Assembly: GCA_036172245.1 (NCBI GenBank)
Contig: JAYWIR010000004.1
Location: 2,046,001-2,110,000 of the forward strand
Reading direction: 5' to 3'
Source of the DNA: Raillietiella orientalis
Lineage: Eukaryota
Length of the DNA stretch: 64,000 nucleotides
Shown here: positions 53,401-64,000 of the stretch, in pieces
How the letters are laid out: each line of letters opens with the position of its first letter
Position numbering within the stretch: position 1 is the stretch's first letter
Notes under the pieces: generated by a model
Seen by the model: only the letters and a program-made list of their open reading frames with translations
Told to the model about the DNA's origin: nothing
Databases searched by the model: none
Position numbers and translations under genes: made by a program

Positions 53401-55556
53401 GAACATGAGAAAACAAGTCATCAGATTCATTCAGAAGTCAGCAAATGTACTCAGCTACTGCAGCAAGTGCTGAGTGCTTCTTTGCAGGTACACAGTCATT
53501 GCAGTTTGTACCAGCATTGCAAGGATTTTTAGAACTTAGCAAATAGCTTACTAGCCTGTGTGCAAGCTTTATGTCCGCATGTTTTTGGTCGTGGATTTAT
53601 TTTGCAACATATGCAGAAAGCTTGCTTGAATAAAGCTCACATTGAAGATGGTTTTGTCCCTGATTGTGTGATGCATCATGCAAATACTATTTTACTCAGT
53701 AAACTAAGGTATACTGTATTCTTCCTTCTATTGTGTTACATAGATCATTTATAGAGAAATTGGGTTGGCTATGGCAGCAAGCATCATTGAATGCATTATA
53801 GAAAATGTGCCTGATTGGCTTCCACTAGTGTCTAAAAGTCAGGTAGGAAATTATTTTTTGTATAATCCATCAATGTTTTTAAGAATGAAGAGATGCAAAT
53901 GAACGCTCTTTCTGGTTCTGTCGCTGTAGAAGGAACACAGATGACCAGTGCATCTTCTCATAGCAAGAATTTGCTTTCAAAGGATCCCCTTCCAATGGTA
54001 TTCTATCTCCCTTCTGGCCGCCCTCTGACTGATTGACTAGTAACTGTAATTCTTGGTGTCTCATGCTGTGTCCTACTGTCATTCTCTCTCCTTCTTCTGC
54101 GCCACCTGAAGATGGATAGGCTCCATCTCGTAAGTGGTTCAGAAAGGCACCAGCATGGTGCATGGATTGATGAAATGGTATTTTTCTTGTGCACACTGAG
54201 ACTGGTAGGGGTGCTTAAAGGGTATTGAGTGCAGTTGGTACATAAATTGCATGGATACCTATGCTAACATGCGACTTATATGAATTTCTGTTTTAGACCA
54301 ACCACTGTCTTCTCCCTAAATATAGGCTTCTTTGTGGTAGAAGATTGCGTCCCCATTCTATGATTGGTAGGATAGTTATAAGAGATAAGTTGGCACTAAG
54401 TTGCTTATGTTTTAGATTCAACAGAAAGAAGAAATTCTTATGAATTGCTTAATCCGTGTACAGGTTTGAAATCATCAGGTAAGCAATTGGAAAGTGCTGC
54501 ATGCCTTAGGGTTGCAATTCAGATACCAAATTGCCACAACAATTAGTATGTAACAGTCAGTTAGCACATTTGGGCAAACTGCGGCCCAAGCGCATAAAGA
54601 AAACACCAGTAAAATCAGTTTTTTGTGCAAGTTCTGTACAGGAACAGATGAATCTCCATGAAGGATTAGAAGATTTCTTTCTAACATCCATGGAGTCCAG
54701 TGAAGTTTGTGTGCAATCCAGGTGAAGAAACTTTTGAATGTTTTCTGGTTTATTAGCATGGGTAGAAGTTCTTTTTGTAGTGAATCAGTGGATGCTGGAC
54801 TTTCAGTTAAAACTGAAGTTCATGACAGTCATATAAAAGTCGGTTCTGAATCAAATTTGATTCCAAATGAATTTAAAGATAGGTAGGATTGCATTTCACT
54901 GTTGAGAACTGTATAGCACTAGTAGGAACAGTATTTGGAGATCTGGTGCTCTTTTACATAGAGCTAGTAGTGAGATGAGAGAACAGGGCATCAGAAGTAG
55001 TAGTCCAAATGGTATGTAAGCTTTCTAAGTAATCAGTTAAGTATTATTGAAGGTGAACATGATGTTGATAATGGTTCCATTAAATACAAAATAAAACCAC
55101 CTCCCCCAGCTCCTAAACCTCGTCCAAAGTCAGTAATGGGTTTTGAAAAAAGGAAATCTAACGAGTGTTACATGAATCATGTTCAAAGTACTGTTTCTCA
55201 TGATACTAATGAGAAAAATTTCGTTGCTCATGCTGATGACTATGCAAACCATAAATCTGAACGAGAGCCTGCCAGCCTGCCACAGACCACAAAATCCCAA
55301 CTATTGTCACATGCATCCTCACCTGAAGGTAAACAGTGTGTTCAGTTACCTATACAGATTTGTGATTCATCCTCAGGTGAAGTGGTAAAGGATGGTAGCT
55401 CACCTTTTAAACATTCAACTGCTGATCTTCTAGATGAATCAGTTCAGGTATGCATATGTATTCTGAAAATAGCAGTGTTAGTCTTCTTTGTATATTGATT
55501 TTTAGGATCCCTGCTGGGAAGCTGAACATCAAGAAATGGAAGTTATTCAAGTATAA
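50490..55556 (+). CDS. CARMIL: CARMIL / LRRC16 capping-protein regulator (PH-like, LRR, helical dimerisation domain, CPI motif, Pro-rich tail)
   Basis: About 26 exons with mostly 40-60-nt GT-AG introns, from ATG 50490 (MSSKSRDIDE|NIRMCLG) to TAA 55554-55556. Motifs [93 protein letters not shown] and the CPI motif LAHLGKLRPKRIKKTP. Confidence 0.93.
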
Positions 55557-58500
55557 CAGTGACTTGATCATTAGACCACATTGATAGCATTTCTTACAGC
55601 AGTGCCTTTTTCCCAAAAAACACACCCAGTTTCAAAATGATAGATACTGTAACCATCATTACCAATTACCAAGTACCTTAGAGAACACATTGTTGGCATG
55701 TGACGATATTTTTTATTCTGCAAAATACTCTTCAAACAATATAATTATTCACTTATCTAATTATGAGGTTTTCATTTAAAGTGGTCTTACTATTTTATTT
55801 GTGCATTTAGCCTTTTCATAAACTGAGAAACCCCATAATCCTAAATTGATTATTTGTTGAGGTGAACATCATTTAAAAGTTTTAACATTTAAAAGTCATC
55901 TGTGACCACCAAAATTTTGTGAAATCTGTTTTTGTTTTAATTCTCATGCTTGACAATTACTTGAATGCTTTCATCAGAAAACACAAATGAGAAGTAGTCG
56001 AAAAAAATGAAGATATATAAAAGAAATTTAATTTGAAACATGAGAGACTAATTAATTGCAACCAGAATGCCAATGTGACAGAAACCGTCGTATGTAATAG
56101 TTTTAGGTGCCAAGAATGTGACATGTTCTTACAGACATCAGTACCCAGTCCCAGAGATTAAGCTTATTTTCCTTCAGATGTATGTTTTCTGTGCCATGTG
56201 AAAATCATAGGTAAACTATTTTCATTGTTATTGCCCTGTGATATGCAAACTAGCTTTACTATTAATGCTCAATTGCTTCCTCGCACTATTCAAAAAGTGA
56301 GAAAACGCGTACCGTAAGTGTTTCAGCTAATCGTTGAGGTACGAATCCCCGAGGTTTATTGAAAGGAGATCGGATTGTATGATGATAAACACCCAATGCT
56401 GAGCGTGTTTTTGTATCCACTAGAAGCAAGAAACAAATAAAAGTTTAATTAAATTTATTTATTGCATTTATCATTCATTGGTCTTTAAGGACCTATTTAT
56501 CAGGGCATCATTGTGTTTTGTACAACTGTATCAGGGAACTTTATGATGCGATTTGGAGTAGTTTCCAAGTATGTGATGGGTTTCTTGCCTCGAGTCTGGC
56601 TAAGGTTCGTTTTGAATAACCGGCCAACAGAAGTGAAGACTAATGTGGACTTGACTGTGATCGCTCTGCACAGTCCATCCTAGGAAATGCTCTCAAACGG
56701 AATTATGAACATCGATTGCCATATGCTACTATGTGTTGGAGAACTTTTTATGCAGTGGCAGTTCTTTAAATCGTTTGTCAAGAAATTGCTGTGTGAATAG
56801 ACAGTATGACTCATTCAGCTGGACTAGGTATATGTATATCAACACACTAGGCGCCAACACTTTGCCTAATTTTGCCGGCATGCTCGCCAATGCGGAGGTC
56901 GAATTATCTTGAAAAAAAAATGGCACTTTGATTCCGGATCTCGTACGAAACGCCACATCGTTTCGCGAAATGGCACTTGAGTTGCGAGGCTGAAGTCGGC
57001 AAGTAATGGGAGAAAACTCGAGGTGACTGCCACCAAGCAATGCATTGGAATATGCAAGCGTGTATATTGTAGGGTGAAATGTTATGTTTTGCATCTTATT
57101 CAAAAACCAAATAGTCCTCGGTGTAATGGATTCAGCTGATCTTTGGATCTGGTCTTTCTGATCTTTGGTTGATCCGGTCGACTCAAGAACTGACTGTTTT
57201 GAACCACCTAATGTCCAAGTGTCTCGATAGATTTTCACATGGGGGCCGACACACACCGAATATCGAGTATTTTCTCACTTTCTCACTCGATGCACGAATA
57301 GTGTAGAGTTACTAAAATGAAGAAAAAAAAAGAGGAAGAAGCTGAGTTATAAGGTAAGTCGGTTGTTTGGTTTTCTGCCCAAACTGCTTTTCGACTTTAA
57401 AAGCGCGGATTCTGCACGTCGAGCAGAGCACAGTAAACAGCAAGATCAAGTGGATCGGATGTCCAGCGCCATGCATATTCCCCCCGTGCATCTCTGGAGC
57501 TCCTCTGACGCGGTATTAAGTTTTGAAGCAAATCTAGCGTGGAAACTAGGCAGAAAGTATTTGAAAACGAGTCCACGGTTTTCCATCTGTCAAAATTGAT
57601 TACAAAAGTGGAGTATACTATAGATGGTCTCGCTTGTCATTCTGTAAATGAAGACAATTGTTTGCCTAACATTAAGTGAACAGTGAAGAATATGCTCGTA
57701 GAGCTCATTTCTCTGTCACATATAGTTTTGGACTCTTAAGTCTTACGAAAATTTCAAAGCTTATATAAATTGATCCTCGATTGTATGTGATCACTGCCTA
57801 TTGTCCTGCAGAATCAGTTTGTAAATTTAAGATTTATTCATTTATAAAATTTGCAGTTCCATCCTGTTTCAATTATGGTTGAAAATCTTACCGCTTGCAT
57901 TGCATTTAAAGTTCAAATTGCTACTGATACATTCTGATCAATATTCTGTAAAAATCATTGCATTCACTATTTTACTCTTAACACCACCATTTCAGTGTTC
58001 GTGATCTCTGCTGTTCGAACATTTGTGCTTTTTCCTCTGTGTACTTGGTTATGGGTAGGGTACAAATAAAACCAAACAAAGGGTTTCCATAAATTCTCGA
58101 TGAAATGTACATATATATTCTTTATCTAAGCCTTCGTTTTGTCTACATGCACTCTACAAGTTCCCTTCCATTTCAGGTGGATTGTTCGGAAACGCTCCAA
58201 ATTTTCTGGAATGCCTTGTAGATACAATCCAAATTTCGCAATTTCGCTTTTTTATTTTCCTTCTTGCCTGTGTGGAAAAAGCTGAAGAATCTCTTGTTCG
58301 CATATAGATGCTTTGGTAATATTGGACATACCTTGCGTCTCCCCCTAATTACCATTTGTTTCCTTTTGTTCCTCAACGATCGTTGGGTTTCTTTTTAGTT
58401 TTACTCTTTTAGGTCTTTATTTGTGTGCTTTCCAATTCTGAAATGCCTTGCCTTATTTTAGGAAAAATGGTAATATAGAAATACTCTCTTCTGCTTTCAG

Positions 58501-60198
58501 TTTTAGTCGGAGTAGTCATACATGTCATTTTTCACTACTTTTGCTGTCAAAGATGCATTTTTGTGTCCTTATAGCAATGACAAATTTCAGAAAGTTTTGT
58601 CCATGCACTCTTCGATTGCAATGCATTCCTTTATTCATTTAACTTAAACATCGAGATGCCGATTCAGTGCCAACTTTAAAAAGTGTTAGACTTTTATATA
58701 TTTAGCTTGCCTATCAGGTTTAAAATAGTTCTGTATTTTCATGGATGCATAGATTCTAAATATGGAAAAAAGTAGTTTTCGTCCAGAAATTTTATTTCAG
58801 TTGTAAATATCCTTAGGACATGGCTTAGGGCCATGTGAAGTTTTTATAGTTCTTCATCATTCGATTATCACATGTTCTACAGCTATAACAGTGTTCATGA
58901 AATCTGTTCTAATTTTGATTGGCTTAATTGTACTCTCACTTTCAATCGAGAATGATTTTGGAGTCCCAATTGATTAACTCTTACAGAGTATTCTACGATC
59001 AGGAATTCTACAATGAAACTATCCTAAGTTCGAATAAGAACTACGATCTTTATTTAATATTATTTCTACAGTATTTACCGAGCCAAAACTGATGTCTTTG
59101 TCACTTTTCAAGTTTATTTCATTTTTTTTAGGATGGCTTGAGGTCTTAAACGTGAAAAAGAAGGCTCTGGAAAACCTTGGATGTTCTTGAATATAGGGAA
59201 AGTAGCATCACAGTAATTTCAGAAATTTATCAAATATGCTTTCTTATTTTTGTTACAATTTCTGCTTTCAAAGAACATATGTTCGAATTTCTATAAAGTC
59301 TATTCTTGTCTCATTTTCACAACTTTCACACGCCTAATAAGCAAAATACCTGTGATTTAAAAGTTCACGACAAGTCCTAAAAGATAAATTAATTGCCATT
59401 CAGGATATGTGATAACAGTGATTGAAATAAACCTCGCATAGGAAGCAAAGGCATTTTTTTTTTCACTATAAAAGTAATTTAGCACATAAGCGAGTAAGTT
59501 CTATACTGTTTGCACTTCTGTGTTTATTTTAATGGATTTTGAGACAACAGCATTCAATGTTCCACTAAGGGTTATTCCAATTAACTGAAATCAGCGAGTG
59601 TAAACTTTGTTATTTTGAAAGCATATTTTTCCCAACAATTAGGGTTCCTTATACATCAAAGTTACAGCTTCGTACAAGTTTTGTATTGAAACAATTTTTT
59701 TTTTGTATTTCACATCCCTTCGCTCAGTGTGTTGCATATTAGCACTGAATCGGTAATGAGCAGAAAACTTTTGATTCTATCTTATAAATGTGATTGTATG
59801 GTAGCGAAGTAAATAATTAATAATGCTGTTTTCGTTATTTTTGAGAAGATCATTTTTTTCCAGCTTTTCAGATTCATATTCTACGTCACTGCATATATTT
59901 GCAGTTGCCGAAATTCCTTGCATACTAATCGTTGCATTTCTGTTTTTTCAAACCGTTGATAATTTGTACCGTACAGCTCGAAATCTTTCTCATTGCATCT
60001 TGAGATCTGTGAGTTTTCTTTCCATGGGTACGAGCTCTTGATTTTTGTATACATCAGTATTTACATTTGATTTATTATGCTATTACGACATATTCCTGTG
60101 CACACTTCGTTGGACTGCACATAAATTTGCAAACAGTAGCCTCAAATTTCTAACAGTTGCCGAAGAGCTCTTGAGAAGAAAGCAGCAATGCCTGTAAA

Positions 60199-60343
60199 AC
60201 AGCTCCTGTTTCCAAGTGGGAACACCCAATGTTTTCCCGTAGTGTACATTCGCATGTCAGCATTAGGGTCCTTGTAGTAGGTCTCTGTTTCCATTGGATG
60301 GTGGCGTGATTGCAGTTTGCGTGCATGATATAGTTTTCCTCTT
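60199..60343. repeat. Direct repeat copy A (about 145 bp)
   Basis: Colinear, diverged match to 60516-60661 (acagctcct..tgggaacac..tgtacattcgcat..tggatggt..gtttgcgtgca..agttttcctctt). Confidence 0.9.
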
Positions 60344-60411
60344 GTCAGAATTGATTATAACTTGATCATCATTATTATAAAATATTACTATTATTATAAA
60401 AATTGATTATT

Positions 60412-60495
60412 ATTATTGGTGAGGGCTTTACAGCCTTTTCAGAGAAGAATGTACGATTAGGGTTTGTAAGTTTTAGGTTTGTTCATTAACTATCA
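60412..60495 (+). pseudogene. Duplicated fragment of Lifeguard coding exon 1 plus part of the following intron
   Basis: attattggtgagggctttacagccttttcagagaagaatgtacgattagggtttgtaag..gtttgttcattaactatca matches about 61793-61887. It lacks the ATG, and the original donor region is deleted. Confidence 0.88.
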
Positions 60496-60515
60496 TACCT
60501 GTACGACTACTGATG

Positions 60516-60661
60516 ACAGCTCCTTTTTTGCAATTGGGAACACTTAATGTTTTCCCCGTAATGTACATTCGCATATCAGCACCGCGGTCCTTGGACTAAG
60601 TCTCAGATTCCAATGGATGGTGCGTGATTGCGGTTTGCGTGCAGAATACAGTTTTCCTCTT
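60516..60661. repeat. Direct repeat copy A' (about 146 bp)
   Basis: Second copy of 60199-60343. Confidence 0.9.
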
Positions 60662-60717
60662 AGGTGAGTCATTGTGGCAATAAAAAAAAAGGGAGGTGGC
60701 ATGGTGAAGTACGTACT

Positions 60718-60743
60718 TTGATCTTAGCCAAAAGGCCGAGAAG
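60718..60743 (-). pseudogene. 3'-truncated U2 snRNA fragment flanked by a 14-bp direct repeat
   Basis: The minus strand reads CTTCTCGGCCTTTTGGCTAAGATCAA, identical to the U2 5' end (stem I). It is flanked by gtgaagtacgtact at 60704-60717 and 60743-60756. Confidence 0.88.
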
Positions 60744-61762
60744 TGAAGTACGTACTACTAACCGAGAGGAATGCATTTTCTTCTTGATCCGAGAATTGAT
60801 CTAAATTTTTATCCCTTGCGCCGTTTGATTCAGAGTATCAGCGGTTATATAATTCCTTGCGAAAATTGGTCTCCGTTAAGAACAGAAAATTTGTTGAAAA
60901 TTTTCTGAAAATTTTCTTGGAGCTTCGATTGAACCACGAAGCTGATCAGCTGTACAAGTTTTCTCGTTTAACTTGAAAGAATGAAATTTGGGATTACACG
61001 GATATATGAAGATCTTTGTTACCATTTGTTATCCAAAAATTGTATAATTTTAAATCAGGTGGTTAATACTCACTACTGCATTTATCCTGAGGTGATATTT
61101 ATGAATTCCACTTCTGTTACATGTTGTATGTGCTTATCCAGTTGCATTTGTTAACAAGAGGTTGTAACCTGTGGGTGCGGAAAGGCAAGTGGTGTGCATA
61201 TTAAAGTGGGAAGCCACGATCCATTTCAGTTTTTGAAAACGTACGGTTAATCATTCCAGGAAATAAACCAGTGACATGCTTTATTTAATATTTTTGTTTC
61301 ATTAAAAATAAAATGCAACAATGAAATAACTTTATGCTTAAGATCGATATTTGGCCAATTAGGTTCTGAGGATAATAATTTATTTCTCAGACTATCCATA
61401 ATATGTTGAATAAAGTATATCCATTATTGTCAAACTTGAACAGGAAAATAAGTCTTTGCAGAGATTGAAATAAATGAAGATTATATCGAGAAATGTGCCC
61501 TGAATTATTTTGTGATAATGTTTTCAGGCTATTCTATGAGAAAGATTAGAAATGTTTGAGCAATTAAATGTATTGAAAGTCATACCAAAAAGTTACAACT
61601 AAAATCCATTAACTTTCATTTTAGAAATATTAGAATAAGAATAAATTCCCTTGAAGAATATTTTATTTTTAGCAAATGATTTGTAAAAATAAAATCAAAA
61701 GTTTTTTTCACAGTTGTATTTAAATTGAGAATTTCATTTTAGGCTGGCATTAATTTTCCACC

Positions 61763-62532
61763 ATGTATCAGTACAGTGATCCAGAAGTCCCCATTATTGG
61801 TGAGGACTTTACAGCGTTTTCAGAGAAGAATGTCCGATTAGGATTTGTAAGGTGAAGGTTTCTTTTATGTTTGTTCATTAACTATCAACTGTTTCTTTTA
61901 GAAAAGTGTATAGCATCCTGATGTGTCAACTGCTAGTCACTCTGTGCTTTATTACTTTATTTTTGTACGAACCCCATGTTCAGAGATTCACAGTGCATCA
62001 TCAGGAGATTTTCTGGATTGCTTTTGTTATAGGAATCATCTGTTTACTAGTGCTAGCCTGTTGCACAGAAATACGTAGAAAAACTCCTCACAATTTCATA
62101 TTTTTGGGAATTTTCACTATTGCAGAAGGTTTTATGCTAGGAACTGCTGCAGGTCATTATAAAAGTGAGGAGGTGATACTAGCAGTTGGCATCACCGCTG
62201 TAGTGTGCTTGGGACTAACAGTATTTGCAATGCAGACAAAGTGGGATTTCACAATGTGTGGAGGTTTTGTGTTAGTGAGCCTTTTAGTATTGCTTGTCTT
62301 TGGAATAATTGCTATTTTCATTCCCAATAAGATTGTCCAGCTGGTGTATGCTTCTATTGGGGCATTGCTGTTTTCATTCTATTTGGTATTTGATACACAG
62401 TTGATGCTAGGGGGCAAGCATCAGTATTCACTCTCTCCAGAGGAATATATTTTTGCTGCTCTTAACTTGTATCTGGATATCATTAACCTTTTCCTGTACA
62501 TTCTGTCCATTATCGGAAATGCTCGTCGCTGA
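61763..62532 (+). CDS. Protein lifeguard / TMBIM (Bax inhibitor-1 family; GRINA/NMDARA1-like)
   Basis: Kozak-context ccaccATG. Exons 61763-61851 and 61902-62532. FSEKNVRLGFVRKVYSILMCQL, QTKWDFT, FDTQLMLGGKHQYSLSPEEYIFAALNLYLDIINLF and about 7 hydrophobic segments. Confidence 0.93.
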
Positions 62533-64000
62533 TCATAGCTTTATATTGCTCTTATGTTTCTAAATTGCAATAAAATTGGCAGGTAATAGAAAAATTGTGT
62601 TTAAAGTGTACTCTATTGATATATTGTAAATGTTTAATGAAAATAGCTAATATATGAAAATATTAGATTGAATGTTCAAAAGTATAAATAAATAAAAATT
62701 AAAAGCGATAAGGACATTTTTTATTGTTTTAAGGCATGTTCACGATTAGTATTTTCATGTTTAGCTTTCATGATCAGAATCAGAAAGATTAAGCCTGTAG
62801 CTGAGTTCAGTGTAATAGGAGATTTTATTCTCAGAGGTTTGCTTATGCAATATATAACTTATGCCAAGAATGTCTCATTATAATACTAGTAGTGAATCGG
62901 AATTTCGAATGGGTCATCAATTTGCTTAGGTATTTTTCTTTATGTCATTTTTCTTTATTATTTTCATGTGGTTATTTATTCAGAACAACAAAGAAATGGT
63001 TAAATGTTGCCTTAGGAATATATAATTTTTCAGTGACAGTAATCCACAAGAAATTGGAAAATTTAATGTCAGCTGAACGCAACAGTTTTCATTTTTGTGT
63101 TGGATCCAGTCAGTATTTCTTTGTTGTTCTTCAGTGTGATTAATGTGTGTTTTCCAGGTGACCTTGTTATTCCAGATATTTTCTTTTAAGATCCTATTCC
63201 AGTTTTTTTCCCATTAAGACACCTAGTATTCTCTTGATGTAGTCAAATCATAAAGGTTTATGGAAAATTCATCAGAGAATATTGTCAGCTACTTGATAGT
63301 GTGATCACAGAAGCACTCTTTATTTTATTTTGTTTATGCCTAGCAATCATGTCTTTGTTGTTCAGAAGACCAAGCATTGCTCAAGAGCTTTCACAATATT
63401 TTAGAAAATCCTTGAACTTTGAATTTTTTTCATCATCTTGAATGTTGGATGTTATAAACACATTTGGATCTCTTAATAAGGTGTCACATTGGTGATTCTC
63501 AAAAAAGTTATTTACCCTATTTAGTGTTAAAATCAGTAAAGCACATGAAAGTATTTTGAAATGTTAGTATGTGTGGGAGACTTTGGAATTATTAGGTGAA
63601 TAAAATTAATTTCAGTTCAGAATGCGAGTTACTGCTAATGAGCATTGTAAAGCTCCTAGACAGGCGAATAAGCTGTTAAATGCAATGTTACGTGGAAAAG
63701 AGTATTGATGCTTCGAAGCAGTAAAAGCAAAATTTCGAAGTCTTGGAATGGATGCAAGAGTATTGATACTTGCTGGGATGCAAGTACTTTTTCAATGCAG
63801 AATGGGAGCATGAAAAAAAGTCTGGGAATAAACACTGAAACCAAGAGACCGAGATCCGGAAAACTGAGTGGTTAAAGCACATTCGGTTTTCAATATGAAA
63901 ATAAAGTAATTATCAAGGTCAAGGTTGGTGTGATTGAGTGACAACCATCTTACATGGAAGCACAGGAAAAAAACTATTGTAAGGAGCAGTACAATTCAGG

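Noticed and set aside
56040..57256. Exon/intron-like pattern on +, a tRNA T-loop-like string near 56340, and a 175-aa minus ORF
   Set aside because: No stop-free spliced model, no cloverleaf, and the ORF lacks an ATG start and recognisable homology. May be a lncRNA or the Lifeguard promoter region.
1..64000. CRISPR arrays, rRNA, tRNA or prokaryotic operons
   Set aside because: None seen. The sequence is intron-rich eukaryotic DNA.

Overview
Eukaryotic (animal, probably invertebrate) genomic DNA. Most introns are tiny (39-60 nt), so the ORF track fragments the genes. Manual splicing gives eight protein-coding genes. In order: CFAP45 (-), an FBXO32/FBXO25-like F-box gene (+), TRIT1 (-), LRR1 (-), a TWIK-type K2P channel (+), a short Borealin/CDCA8-like gene (-), CARMIL (+) and a Lifeguard/TMBIM gene (+). 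The TRIT1 CDS overlaps the F-box CDS tail-to-tail, and TRIT1 has two multi-kb introns, one apparently U12-type. The K2P gene has two divergent copies of its first coding exon. The Borealin-like gene is essentially invisible in the ORF track. Also present are degraded Ty3/gypsy and L1-like remnants, a long intronic hairpin, and a composite rearranged block upstream of the Lifeguard CDS. That block holds a direct repeat, a captured exon/intron fragment and a U2 snRNA fragment flanked by a 14-bp duplication. I could not assign a gene to 1-7.4 kb. All family assignments come from remembered motifs, not database searches.
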